From: an uncultured bacterium
GTDB lineage: Bacteria; Armatimonadota; UBA5829
DNA length: 64,000 nt
Assembly: GCA_964494345.1 (NCBI GenBank)
Contig: CAZBSI010000001.1
Span: 85,660-149,659 of the forward strand
Direction: 5' to 3'
In this document: one piece after another, positions 1-9,513 of the stretch
How positions within the stretch are numbered: position 1 is the stretch's first letter
How the letters are laid out: each line of letters starts with the position of its first letter
Translations under genes and position numbers: made by a program
The notes under the pieces: model-generated
What the model was told of the DNA's origin: nothing
Seen by the model: only the letters and a program-made list of their open reading frames with translations
The model's database searches: none

Positions 1-376
1 GCATATACGTCATCCCCCACGTCGAGCCGTCTTTCTTCCTAAACAGCCACTGGCCATCCGGAGCCTGGTCATCTATCAAAGCGTCCCCGCCAGCAATAAT
101 CGCCTCGAGAACTTCAGGGTCATGATAATAGGGGTTGTCATCGTGTTTTGTAGCCCACGCCACCGCCAGGGGGAAAATAGGATGCTGATCGTTCACCATC
201 CATATCCCTGTGCCGAACCTGCCCGTATCCTTATCCTGAGAGGCCAGAATACTGGGCACTTTTTTTGCCAGTTCGGCCACAAACCGATCCTTAAAAATCA
301 GTTTCTCACCAGTCGCATCGCTCGCACCCAGGCAGCACTGCCCAATCGCCATCAAGCCTAACACTATCAACGCCAT
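1..376 (-). CDS. 5' part of a secreted protein. Its N-terminal 125 codons lie in the window and the gene continues past the window start. It was not in the supplied ORF track.
   Basis: Reverse-complement of 1..376 reads from ATG at 376 to the window edge with no stop: MALIVLGLMAIGQCCLGASDATGEKLIFKDRF...DQAPDGQWLFRKKDGSTWGMTYM. The N-terminus is a signal peptide. The overlapping plus-strand ORF 122..361 looks like antisense noise. Confidence 0.45.
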   Translation of the reverse strand, partial: MALIVLGLMAIGQCCLGASDATGEKLIFKDRFVAELAKKVPSILASQDKDTGRFGTGIWMVNDQHPIFPLAVAWATKHDDNPYYHDPEVLEAIIAGGDALIDDQAPDGQWLFRKKDGSTWGMTYM

Positions 377-520
377 TCTCCTCATTATTGCAGTTCCTCC
401 GTCGTCCGCCGGTGTCGCCTGTTGACAACACACCATCGCGAACAGGCTTATCTCAGTTTTCTCCACACGCCTGCAAATACCTCCGGTGTTTGAAAACAAA
501 CGATTACCGGCCAAACTCTG

Positions 521-550
521 TTGACCCGGCTTTTGCTGCAGGGGTATACT
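521..550 (+). promoter_or_regulatory. Sigma70-like promoter upstream of lipB: TTGACC, 18-nt spacer, TATACT.
   Basis: TTGACC at 521-526 and TATACT at 545-550. A GGAGGG ribosome-binding site (RBS) at 572-577 is followed by ATG at 583. Confidence 0.4.
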
Positions 551-582
551 ATGTCCAGCCGCCTTCAGGCACCGGAGGGATC

Positions 583-1293
583 ATGGACGCGATTTCAAAG
601 ACCAATTCATCACGATCTCTTGACTCCAACGGCGCCCCTGCAATTCCGCTGTATAATATTTCGCGTATATCTTACACAAAGGCGCTCAAACTGCAATTAG
701 AGCTTCACGATAAGGTCGTCTCTGGAGAACTGCCTGGCGCGCTGATACTGCTCGAACACGACCCCGTAATAACAAAGGGAGTCAAAACCGGCGCTGGGAA
801 TGTGTTGGTAAGCTCACAAATCCTCGAAAGTCAGGGCATAGACCTTGTGGATACGGATCGGGGCGGGGATGTGACCTATCACGGTCCAGGCCAACTTGTC
901 GGTTACCCTGTCTTTCCAATAAGGAAAATGGGAGGCGACCTCCACGCATATCTGCGCCAGATAGAACAGTGCATAATCGACGTCCTGGCAGGTTTCGGTT
1001 TGGATGCCCGGAGAAACGGAATCGCGGGGGTCTGGGTAGGCTCGCACAAAATATGTTCCATCGGAGTCGCGATTAGAAAATGGGTGGCTTATCACGGCTT
1101 CGCTCTCAATGTCGCTCCGAACATGGATCATTTTCGACTCATTAACCCCTGCGGTTTGGCATCAGATCAACTCACAAGCCTCAAGCAACTGCTGGGAACC
1201 GCGCCGCCGATGGATGAAGTCCGATCAGCCTGCGCATTAGCATTCGAGCGCAACTTCGGCATAAACTTAATTGATATGGGTGCGGGCACATGA
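583..1293 (+). CDS. lipB: Lipoyl(octanoyl) transferase LipB.
   Basis: ALILLEHDPVITKG...DRGGDVTYHGPGQLVGYPVF...KICSIGVAIRKWVAYHGFALNV is the LipB core. The start is placed at ATG 583 with an RBS upstream; the 5' extension of ORF 388..1293 would run through the promoter. The stop overlaps the tamB-like start in an ATGA. Confidence 0.85.
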   Translation: MDAISKTNSSRSLDSNGAPAIPLYNISRISYTKALKLQLELHDKVVSGELPGALILLEHDPVITKGVKTGAGNVLVSSQILESQGIDLVDTDRGGDVTYHGPGQLVGYPVFPIRKMGGDLHAYLRQIEQCIIDVLAGFGLDARRNGIAGVWVGSHKICSIGVAIRKWVAYHGFALNVAPNMDHFRLINPCGLASDQLTSLKQLLGTAPPMDEVRSACALAFERNFGINLIDMGAGT

Positions 1294-4200
1294 CTCGAAC
1301 CCGCAGGCTCATACTACTGACGATAACCTTGCTGCCTGTGATAGCCCTGGTGATTGCAAGTGTGGTTTTCGTAAAGCACCAGGTAGATTTTATTATCAAA
1401 CACAGCAATCTGATCGTAGCCGCGGAGCTTGAGAAAAGATTTCACAGGAAAGTTGAGGTCGGCGCAGTCACAGTCCGCCCGCTCGGCAAAGCTATTATTA
1501 AAGAAATCAGAATTGCCAACGGGGACACGTTTCAGAAGGGCGCCCTGGCTTCTGCAGCACGAATTACTATTAAATACGATTGGCGGGCGTTACTCAAAGG
1601 ACGCGCCGCCGCCAGTGTCAGCGAGGTCGAAGTCCTCGACCCCACGCTGTTGTTAGTGCGGCGACCGGATGGCTCTTTCAACGTCACCGAACTTCTCAAG
1701 CCCCCTCCCGGCCCCAAAAAGCCGCCGTTCATCGGATTGGTTAAGATTGCTGGCGGAAAGGTATCGTTTATCGACTACGCCGTCCGTCCGGGCGAAACCC
1801 CGAGGCCCATCGACCTTCGCGACCTGACCGCAGCAATTGAGGCCAGGGGATTGCCGGTCTACGCCTTCAACGGAACCCTGCGAGGAGGCCTGGGACAATT
1901 CACACGGGCCAAATTCAGCGGCACATATAACGCCGACTCAAAACGCGCCGCCGTAAAAGTTGATGCCACTGATGTTCTGGCCTCTCTGCTGGCGCGCTAT
2001 GCCTGGAAGTCTAAGGATGCACAAGTATTAGCTGGAAAGATGGACATCAACGGTGCGCTCGACATCCATCACGTATCCGGTCACTACAGAACCTCAATCA
2101 GCGGAAAAGGGGTCGTGCGCAACGCTACCGCAAAGATTTCCCTGTTCACCGAGCCGCTCACCAGCATCGGCGGTACCGTGGAGTTGAAGACAAATAAAGT
2201 CGACCTTAACCTTACTGCCCGTTTTGCAGGCGGGCCGATCCACGCCAAAGGCGCTCTGGATTTTGCCAAACCCCCGACGCACGTAGATTTGACTATCGGC
2301 TCGGCGGCAATTGACATAAACAAGCTTATCAAATCCGCTGCGTTTCTCAAGGCGCTATCTCAGTTCTCTCCGTCAGGTTTTAGCCCGTTGCACGTCAAGC
2401 TCACCGGCACTTTCGCCGACCCCACAGTCGTCGTCGACACCCGCCTGCCCAGCGCCGTGATTATGAACATCCAGCTTAGGCAGGTGGCAATATCGGCGAC
2501 TTATAAAAATGGAGTTGTTCATCTGCAGTCCGGCGGGTTTTCTGCAAGAGGAATGGCCGTCCAGGTTGTGGGCGAAATCTCAACAAAGCCGAGCGCATCC
2601 ATCGACTTGCAAGGTCGATTCTCTAACCTTAATCTTGCATTGCTGCCGACAGGGGATCAATTTCCTGTAAAAGGCGCTGCCAGCGGCACATTCACCGCTA
2701 TCGGCCCGGTATCATCGCCGACGATTACGCTCAGCGCTCGCGCCACAAACGGCAGCGTAGCCGGTGTTCCGTTCGGTTCAATCGAGGGCGGGGTCCACTT
2801 TTCCGGCACATCCGTAAAAATCACAGATGTAACAGTAGCCGGAGTGTTGGGTGGTAGGCTTCGCGGCTCAGGAGTGGTATCGACTACGGGCCAAATAGAC
2901 CTGGCAATTATCGGCGAGAGCATAAATATAGGCCAGTTGGCCGCCAGGTTCGGTGAGTCGGGCGTCGAGGGCACTGCCTTCTTCAATGGGCGAGTGACAG
3001 GTACGTTAAAGTCCCCGCACGTCGAAGGCTCTGTTGAGGCGTTCGGCGTCAAGACCCAGGAATACACCGTAGACCATGCCGCAGCCGAGATCAGTGCTGA
3101 CCGCGACCGCATAGTAGTCAGCGAAGCGACAATACAAGTGTTCCCGGCCGCTGTGCGATTCAGCGGGGAGGCGACCGGGCTGCAGACCAATAAAGTATTT
3201 CTGGCGGCTAAGGCGAGTATGGAGCGCCTGGAAGTCTCCAAGCTCCTCGAACTCGCGGACCGCGAAGCCGATATCACAGGAATTATAAGCGGCGAATTTA
3301 CCTTCTCCGGCATCTATCTGCCCGACGCCAAACCCGGCCAGCAGAAGCTGGTGGATGCGGTGGCTTCCGGCTTTCTTAATGTAGAAGACGGCACCGCTTT
3401 CGGCTACCCGATAACCAGCGCAACCGCCGGCATAGACTATTCCGATGATGTGATCCGTCTTCTCAATGCCTCAATCACCGGCGACGGCGCCGAGCTTACC
3501 GCAAGCGGCACTGTGAACACGGCGACTCACGACGTGGACGGCGCTTTTAAGCTAACTGACTTCGCGTTGTCTCGATTGCAGGAGGTAGTTGGCGAATACG
3601 TAGTTTTGGCAGGCTCTGCGAACGCATCCGGCACGGTAACAGGCGAATGGGACGATATTAAAGCCACCGCCCAGCTCAGTGTCGATAATCTCAGAGTCAA
3701 CTTCGAGAAATTCGACAGGGCGGATTTACAGTTTGCTTATGAAGATGGCAAGGTCGCTTCATACTCGGCTGTCGTCGAGCGTGCTGGCCAAAGCGCAGAG
3801 CTATCAGGCGCCGGTTACGACCTTGAAACAAACTGCTTTGAATCGGCAAAGGGCGTTTTGGAGAACATCAGCGTGCCGGATATAATCAGCGTCGTCCGGG
3901 CAAGCCCCTACTTCTCCTCACCTGAAGGCCAAACGGCGTCAACTTTATTTAACAAGCTGCCTAAAATCACGTCAGGCCGGTTGAACGGCGCGTTTGAACT
4001 ATCCGGCTGCCTGGATTCTACTGTTGCGGGCGCACCGGTCATCCCGGACGGCAAACTAGACCTGACTCTGAGCAATATCGGCGTCGACATTCAACAGATA
4101 CAGGATGTGGAGCTTCACGCCTCAGCCAGGCGCGGAGTGATCTCCTTGCACCAGTTTCTGGCTATCTCCGACGATGCCAGCCTGGAGGCAACAGGTGAGC

Positions 4201-5897
4201 GCGCCTATGAAAACGGCGTTCTGCAAATAGAAGTAGCGGCGGAAAATGTCCAACTGAACCGACTGTCTCCGTGGTTAGGGGACAATACCCCTCGCGGGAC
4301 CTTGTCTGCGACATTCGACATAGACGGGCCTTATCAGACCCCAGACATCATTGGCTCCATAGAAATTATCAAGCCCGGGTTTGGCGACTTCACGATAGAC
4401 AGCATTCGCGCCGGCCAGATAAGAGTCACTCCTAATAGAATAGAAATACCGGATATTCTTCTATCAGCGCAGGGTCATCAGGCTGTGGCGACGGCTTCGG
4501 TGCCCTGGAACTGGCTATCGCTGTCTGTGCCCAATGACGAGCCTATATCGATATCGGCCCAGCTCAGCCAGCAATCTCTCGATATTATCGGGGTGTTGCT
4601 GCCTTTGGTTAATACGGCGAAGACAACGGGCACGCTGGAAGCTGCGTGGTTTAGACTTGAAGGGACGTTAATAGATCCTCAAATGGCTGGCGCTATGAAA
4701 ATAGCCGACGGCATTATTGTTCTCGACGGATTCACCAACACATTCCCTGGGGTCAGAGTTGACCTGGGATTTGAAGGCAATCGCATCCTTGTTCGTGAGT
4801 GCCAGGTATCCTCCAGCCTCGGCGGCGCTGCTTATGTGGCGCCCGGCGGAAGCGTCACGCTCGGAATACTCAGCGGCAGTGAGATAAACCTGAACGTGGT
4901 TGCCGATCAACTGGTGGTCGGCGAGAAGAATATCCTTGGTTTCAAGGAAGATGTACTCACGCAAATCGACGCCGGATTGCTCGTCAGCGGCCCTCTCACT
5001 GAACCTATGGTGGCCGACAACGCGATCGCCGGCAAGCAGGGTGGGATCAACCTTTCCAATGCCAGATTCTCATTCCAAACCGCCGCAGCTAGAACGGAAC
5101 TGCCAGCGGAATCGGCCATCAATCCTAAATTTGATATCACACTGCGAATCGGCAAGGACGTTGTCATATCTCCGCCCAACCTTCGCTTGACGGTTACAGG
5201 CAGCGGCAAACTAATTGGCAGCCTGCTCCAACCGCAGGTACCGGATCTGAGATTAACCGTCCAATCCGGAGAGATTAATCTCGCCACGGCTCGTTTGAGA
5301 CTGGTCAGCGGCGGCGCCATCGACATCGCTTATTTGCCCCCGCAGGCGCCGAGCGTCAGCCTGAATCTGCAGGCGGAGGCTTCGGTATTTGCCATCAGCA
5401 GCTTCCGTCGTCAGGAACGCTATCAGATAACGATGCGAATTACCGGCCAGGCCGCAAACCCGCAGATCAGCTTGTCCTCAAATCCGCCGGGACTGAATCG
5501 CGAGCAGATGTTGGCGGCGCTAGGTCATGTGCCTGGTTTGTTCTCGTCTCCAGAATCAGATTTGCAGAATGAGCTGGCCAGCGTGCTGACTGCGGCGGCC
5601 GCCAGCACGTTATTTGCGCCCATCGAGGACATATTTGTTCAGAAGTTCGGATTCGAGCAGTTTAGTCTGCAATACAGCTCGGTGACGCCGTTGTCGCTGT
5701 TTCTATCGCATAGATTGGCGGGCAAGCTGTATGTGTCGTTTTATCAGAGGCTATCGGCTGCGCTGGCCGACGTGCAGGATGTGGAATATCAAGTCCTGTT
5801 AAATTACAGGTGGAGGCCGAATTTCCAGGTCAGTTTTGGAGTTGACGATCAGCAGACTGCGATATTCCAGGTAATGTATGCGGCGGCTTTTCGGTAA
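1290..5897 (+). CDS. tamB: TamB/AsmA-family translocation-and-assembly protein, 1535 aa, with an N-terminal membrane anchor and a long beta-rich periplasmic region.
   Basis: A single N-terminal transmembrane (TM) helix (LILLTITLLPVIALVIASVVFV) is followed by a huge repetitive beta-rich body. The C-terminal region (LSSNPPGLNREQMLAALG...FSLQYSSVTPLSLFLSHRLAGKLYVSF) is DUF490-like. The gene sits in an operon-like arrangement upstream of bamA. Confidence 0.7.
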   Translation: MTRTRRLILLTITLLPVIALVIASVVFVKHQVDFIIKHSNLIVAAELEKRFHRKVEVGAVTVRPLGKAIIKEIRIANGDTFQKGALASAARITIKYDWRALLKGRAAASVSEVEVLDPTLLLVRRPDGSFNVTELLKPPPGPKKPPFIGLVKIAGGKVSFIDYAVRPGETPRPIDLRDLTAAIEARGLPVYAFNGTLRGGLGQFTRAKFSGTYNADSKRAAVKVDATDVLASLLARYAWKSKDAQVLAGKMDINGALDIHHVSGHYRTSISGKGVVRNATAKISLFTEPLTSIGGTVELKTNKVDLNLTARFAGGPIHAKGALDFAKPPTHVDLTIGSAAIDINKLIKSAAFLKALSQFSPSGFSPLHVKLTGTFADPTVVVDTRLPSAVIMNIQLRQVAISATYKNGVVHLQSGGFSARGMAVQVVGEISTKPSASIDLQGRFSNLNLALLPTGDQFPVKGAASGTFTAIGPVSSPTITLSARATNGSVAGVPFGSIEGGVHFSGTSVKITDVTVAGVLGGRLRGSGVVSTTGQIDLAIIGESINIGQLAARFGESGVEGTAFFNGRVTGTLKSPHVEGSVEAFGVKTQEYTVDHAAAEISADRDRIVVSEATIQVFPAAVRFSGEATGLQTNKVFLAAKASMERLEVSKLLELADREADITGIISGEFTFSGIYLPDAKPGQQKLVDAVASGFLNVEDGTAFGYPITSATAGIDYSDDVIRLLNASITGDGAELTASGTVNTATHDVDGAFKLTDFALSRLQEVVGEYVVLAGSANASGTVTGEWDDIKATAQLSVDNLRVNFEKFDRADLQFAYEDGKVASYSAVVERAGQSAELSGAGYDLETNCFESAKGVLENISVPDIISVVRASPYFSSPEGQTASTLFNKLPKITSGRLNGAFELSGCLDSTVAGAPVIPDGKLDLTLSNIGVDIQQIQDVELHASARRGVISLHQFLAISDDASLEATGERAYENGVLQIEVAAENVQLNRLSPWLGDNTPRGTLSATFDIDGPYQTPDIIGSIEIIKPGFGDFTIDSIRAGQIRVTPNRIEIPDILLSAQGHQAVATASVPWNWLSLSVPNDEPISISAQLSQQSLDIIGVLLPLVNTAKTTGTLEAAWFRLEGTLIDPQMAGAMKIADGIIVLDGFTNTFPGVRVDLGFEGNRILVRECQVSSSLGGAAYVAPGGSVTLGILSGSEINLNVVADQLVVGEKNILGFKEDVLTQIDAGLLVSGPLTEPMVADNAIAGKQGGINLSNARFSFQTAAARTELPAESAINPKFDITLRIGKDVVISPPNLRLTVTGSGKLIGSLLQPQVPDLRLTVQSGEINLATARLRLVSGGAIDIAYLPPQAPSVSLNLQAEASVFAISSFRRQERYQITMRITGQAANPQISLSSNPPGLNREQMLAALGHVPGLFSSPESDLQNELASVLTAAAASTLFAPIEDIFVQKFGFEQFSLQYSSVTPLSLFLSHRLAGKLYVSFYQRLSAALADVQDVEYQVLLNYRWRPNFQVSFGVDDQQTAIFQVMYAAAFR

Positions 5898-5994
5898 ATA
5901 GCGCTCAAAAAGCAGGTATGTGATCCGGGTGGGGGGAATCATATTGTGTGGCGGGTCTGTGCTGGGAATCCGCGGCGGCAGGTAGGCAGGCCTT

Positions 5995-6561
5995 GTGCGG
6001 CGGAATGAGGCGGTTATGGATTTTGATGGGCTGGTCGATTTATATGAGAAGCCTATCTACAACCTGGTGCTGCGGGTGTTCGGAGATGCCGAGGAGGCTG
6101 CCGATCTGACGCAGGAAACTTTTGTGGCTGCATATAAAGCGTGGGGCTCGTTTCGCGGAGATTCGACGGCCTACACATGGCTGTATCGGATCGCGGTCAA
6201 TTTGTGTAAGAACAAATTTCGCGAACGGGATCGTCGACGACAGTATGAAGCGATGTCATTAGACGAAAGCTCCAACGCAGACTTTGACACATCTGATCCT
6301 TTTGGGGAGCGAGTGGCAGACAGGTCGGATACTCCTGCTGAGGCTCTGCAGCGAAAGGAACTCCGTGCATTGATCGAGCAGGCCATGCGACAACTGCCAC
6401 CGGACTATAGAATAGTGGCGGTCCTCAGAGACCTGCAGGGGCTTTCATACTCCGATATCGCTGAAGCGGCGGATTTGTCCGTGGACGTGGTGAAAACCCG
6501 GCTAGCTCGTGCCAGGAACATGCTGCGTCGCAGGTTGGGCCCATATTTGACTGATGATTAG
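5995..6561 (+). CDS. ECF-type RNA polymerase sigma factor (sigma-70 family, group 4).
   Basis: The region-2 motif DLTQETFVAAYKAWGSFRGDSTAYTWLYRIAVNLCKNKFRER and the region-4 helix-turn-helix LSYSDIAEAADLSVDVVKTRLARAR are both present. Confidence 0.85.
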   Translation: MRRNEAVMDFDGLVDLYEKPIYNLVLRVFGDAEEAADLTQETFVAAYKAWGSFRGDSTAYTWLYRIAVNLCKNKFRERDRRRQYEAMSLDESSNADFDTSDPFGERVADRSDTPAEALQRKELRALIEQAMRQLPPDYRIVAVLRDLQGLSYSDIAEAADLSVDVVKTRLARARNMLRRRLGPYLTDD

Positions 6562-6600
6562 CTCATCTGCTGACTTGATGAACTGAACTGTAATCTCTAC

Positions 6601-6629
6601 TTGTAGAGCGTCTTTGCGTATAGTATAAT
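6601..6629 (+). promoter_or_regulatory. Candidate promoter for bamA: TTGTAG, 17-nt spacer, perfect TATAAT.
   Basis: TTGTAG at 6601-6606 and TATAAT at 6624-6629. An AGGAGG RBS at 6751-6756 precedes the bamA ATG. Confidence 0.35.
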
Positions 6630-6765
6630 GCCTGCGATTGATTGGTTATGCAGCCATCAAGCGGCAAAGTTGTAAGCACTGGCTTGTTTTGCTCTCGTAA
6701 CTCTTTAGGGCCGGTCGCCAATATTCGATGCGACCGGACGTTGACTGTCAGGAGGACCATAACGA

Positions 6766-8598
6766 ATGTCTTGTGCCAAACGCGTGTCGGCAATTATCCT
6801 CGCTGTCGCATTCTTGTTGTCGCTGCCAGGAATGATCATTGCCCAGGAGAAGAAAGTCGCCGAGGTAGCGATCAGCGGAAACGTCAACATCAATACCGAA
6901 ACGATCCGTAATGTCATCTCTCTTCAGCCGGGAATGGATTTTTCCGAAGAGGCTATTGAAAAAGACCGCAACGCTATTATGGGACTGGGGTATTTTAGCA
7001 CCATCACCCCTCATATCGAGGATGTGCCCGGAGGCGTTAAGGTTACATACGAAGTCACCGAAAACCCTAAGATATCCGAGGTAAAGATAGTCGGCAGCGA
7101 ACCGATTGCTGCGGACGTCGTGCTGGGGCTTATGAAGACCAAGGCCAACCAGGTACTCAACTCGGAGACCCTCAACCTCGACGTCGAGGCGATTCAGGCA
7201 TATTACGGAGAGCAGGGTTACATCGCGTATGTTACCGAAGATCTCGGCATAGACCCTAAGACTGGGGTGCTTACGGTGCCGATCCTCGTCAACCGGGTCG
7301 AATCCGTAGTTATCACAGGCAATAAAAAGACCAAAGACTGGGCGCTTATCCGTGAGATGAAAACTCAGCCGGGCAAAGTCTTTAACGTTAAAGTACTCAA
7401 AGAAGATATCATCCGAATATACAACCTCGACATATTAGAGGATATCAAACCGTATCAAATCACGCCGGGCGCCGAGATCGGAATGGTCAAGATCACTATC
7501 CCTGTTGTCGAGAAAAAGACGGGGCTGGTCTCTCTGGGCTTCGGTTACAGCTCCAGGCAGAGGCTGGTTGGCCAGGCGCGTCTCTCTGAGACTAATTTCC
7601 GGGGCCGGGCGCAGGGGCTTAATCTCCTGTGGCAGCAGGGAACCAGCAACGCCGTCGGCGGGCCTGCCAGTCAGGAACTCGGGTTCTATGAGCCCTGGAT
7701 CGACAAGAGGCACACTTCTCTTTCGGTGAATGCATATAATAAGCTCCTATACAGGTTCTCTTCCGGCGTATTCAATTCGGCATCTTTTGCAAACGATGAG
7801 AACTACTCCGAACGCCACCAGGGTGGGGACGTCACACTCAGCCGACCGCTTACCGAGAAGACACGTGTCTATGTCGGCGGGCGATATGAGGATGTCAAAA
7901 CGGCTGAGGGTCTGTTGAGCAATATCGTGGGGGACCTCGACCTTTATAAAATGGTTATGCAGGGCACAGTTGCTGCTGGCTCGGTAAGGTTGGTACATAA
8001 CACACGAGACTTCGACCTGGACCCGGCGGCCGGCCAATACGAAGGCGTCTCTTTGGAATTGGGTTCTGTGAGCGGTAATACTTTCGAACGCGACCCCAAC
8101 GATCTCGCAGTTTTCTTGAAATCACCATTTGACGGATCGTTTGCCAAGGGCTCTGTCGATGTGCGACGATACTTCAGCAAGGGCGGTCGCAAACTGACCC
8201 CTCAGGACAAGCGCGTTACTCTGGCGCTGCGCCTGAGAGCCGGGACAGCTTCGGGAAAACTGCCGTTCTTCGAGCAGTTCTTCGTTGGTGGGGCCGAGAG
8301 CTTGCGTGGGTATCGTGAGGACAGGTTCTGGGGTGACAAGATGCTGCTGGCAAGTGCTGAGCTGCGCAAGCCTATAGCGCAGTCAATAGCCGGGGTAGTG
8401 TTCGTTGACTATGGCAGTGCGTGGGGTGGCAACCCGAACTTCTTTATCACACAACTGCCGCAGTCGAGATCATTTGATGGTTTCTTCGGGACAGGCGTTG
8501 GGCTTAGAGTCAACACCCCGATCGGCCATCTCAGATTGGATTATGGCATTGGAAGTGAGGGGAGCCGTACCCACTTCAGTATGGGCCAGGCGTTTTAG
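6766..8598 (+). CDS. bamA: Outer membrane protein assembly factor BamA (Omp85 family).
   Basis: A signal peptide is followed by repeated POTRA-like modules and a C-terminal beta-barrel ending ...RLDYGIGSEGSRTHFSMGQAF (aromatic C-terminal residue). The gene order bamA-skp-lpxD is canonical. Confidence 0.9.
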   Translation: MSCAKRVSAIILAVAFLLSLPGMIIAQEKKVAEVAISGNVNINTETIRNVISLQPGMDFSEEAIEKDRNAIMGLGYFSTITPHIEDVPGGVKVTYEVTENPKISEVKIVGSEPIAADVVLGLMKTKANQVLNSETLNLDVEAIQAYYGEQGYIAYVTEDLGIDPKTGVLTVPILVNRVESVVITGNKKTKDWALIREMKTQPGKVFNVKVLKEDIIRIYNLDILEDIKPYQITPGAEIGMVKITIPVVEKKTGLVSLGFGYSSRQRLVGQARLSETNFRGRAQGLNLLWQQGTSNAVGGPASQELGFYEPWIDKRHTSLSVNAYNKLLYRFSSGVFNSASFANDENYSERHQGGDVTLSRPLTEKTRVYVGGRYEDVKTAEGLLSNIVGDLDLYKMVMQGTVAAGSVRLVHNTRDFDLDPAAGQYEGVSLELGSVSGNTFERDPNDLAVFLKSPFDGSFAKGSVDVRRYFSKGGRKLTPQDKRVTLALRLRAGTASGKLPFFEQFFVGGAESLRGYREDRFWGDKMLLASAELRKPIAQSIAGVVFVDYGSAWGGNPNFFITQLPQSRSFDGFFGTGVGLRVNTPIGHLRLDYGIGSEGSRTHFSMGQAF

Positions 8599-8631
8599 TC
8601 GGTTCAACGTTTGCTAAACACACTTCAGAGT

Positions 8632-8667
8632 ACGGGCGGTGATCTAACTTCGCCGCCCGTATTTGTT
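8632..8667 (+). terminator. Rho-independent terminator after bamA.
   Basis: Stem ACGGGCGG, a 13-nt loop, then CCGCCCGT followed by ATTTGTT. Confidence 0.45.
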
Positions 8668-8851
8668 AATATATTGACTCGCGAATTGACTTCAGAGACT
8701 GAGCGGGCCGGGCAATAAAAGCCACCCGGATACGTCTATGCAAGGTGTGTCGGATTGCGGTGTTTCGGTTGTTGGGGCGCCGTGTTTCTGATATAATCAC
8801 GTCAGTAGGGGCAATACCCCAAGGTCCATTCTTAAATGAGAGGTATACAGA

Positions 8852-9499
8852 ATGTTAAGACAATTCGGCAGGGCTGTTTGTTTGTTGGCTGGTGCAATAG
8901 CTGTCGTTGGGCTGGCTGGTTCGGCGGTCCTGGCAGCCCCTAACGATATAAAAATCGGTGTGGTCGATTTACAGAAAGTCTATAGAGATGCTCCACGCGT
9001 TAAGCAATATCGAGAGCAGTTGGAAGACTTCAGCAGGTCTTTGGCAACCAAGCTTGACATACGATCCCAGAATATGATGCTCAACGAAGACGAGATCAAA
9101 GAGCTTATTGATCTGAAAACAAAGGAAAAACCGACCGAGGCGGAGAGCTCGAGAGCCAAGCAGCTTTCAGAGATTGAGAGAGCCAAGGACGAGGAACTCA
9201 GAAAACTTCAGGAGACTAAAGAACTCAACGACCAGCAGCAGGCCAGGCTCAAAGAACTTCAGGGCCTGCAGCAGAAATCTAAAGACATAGGCGCTGCTTT
9301 GGCCAAGGACTACGATGGGCAGTATCAGGCTAAGATGGCGGAGCTTGAGACCAAATCCGATGGTGACATTCAGGCTGCTGTCAACAAAACCGCCGAAACC
9401 AAAGGCCTTACGCTTGTGTTGGATAAGGCAGTGGTATTCCTTGGCGGCGTCGATATTACTGACGACGTTGTCTCTCGACTCGACCGCAAGGCGCAGTGA
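8852..9499 (+). CDS. skp: Periplasmic chaperone Skp/OmpH.
   Basis: A signal peptide is followed by a long charged coiled coil and an OmpH-type C-terminus (GLTLVLDKAVVFLGG). It lies between bamA and lpxD. Confidence 0.8.
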   Translation: MLRQFGRAVCLLAGAIAVVGLAGSAVLAAPNDIKIGVVDLQKVYRDAPRVKQYREQLEDFSRSLATKLDIRSQNMMLNEDEIKELIDLKTKEKPTEAESSRAKQLSEIERAKDEELRKLQETKELNDQQQARLKELQGLQQKSKDIGAALAKDYDGQYQAKMAELETKSDGDIQAAVNKTAETKGLTLVLDKAVVFLGGVDITDDVVSRLDRKAQ

Positions 9500-9513
9500 C
9501 ATAAAAAACTGAG

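Noticed and set aside
122-361. 79-aa plus-strand ORF.
   Set aside because: It lies antisense to a better-supported minus-strand secreted-protein gene fragment (1..376), and no RBS or conserved features are present.
388-582. 5' extension of the lipB ORF (start at 388).
   Set aside because: The extension is not LipB-like, and it contains a good promoter (521-550) and RBS for the ATG at 583, so the real start is 583.
2657-3313. 218-aa minus-strand ORF.
   Set aside because: It is antisense inside the tamB-like giant gene.
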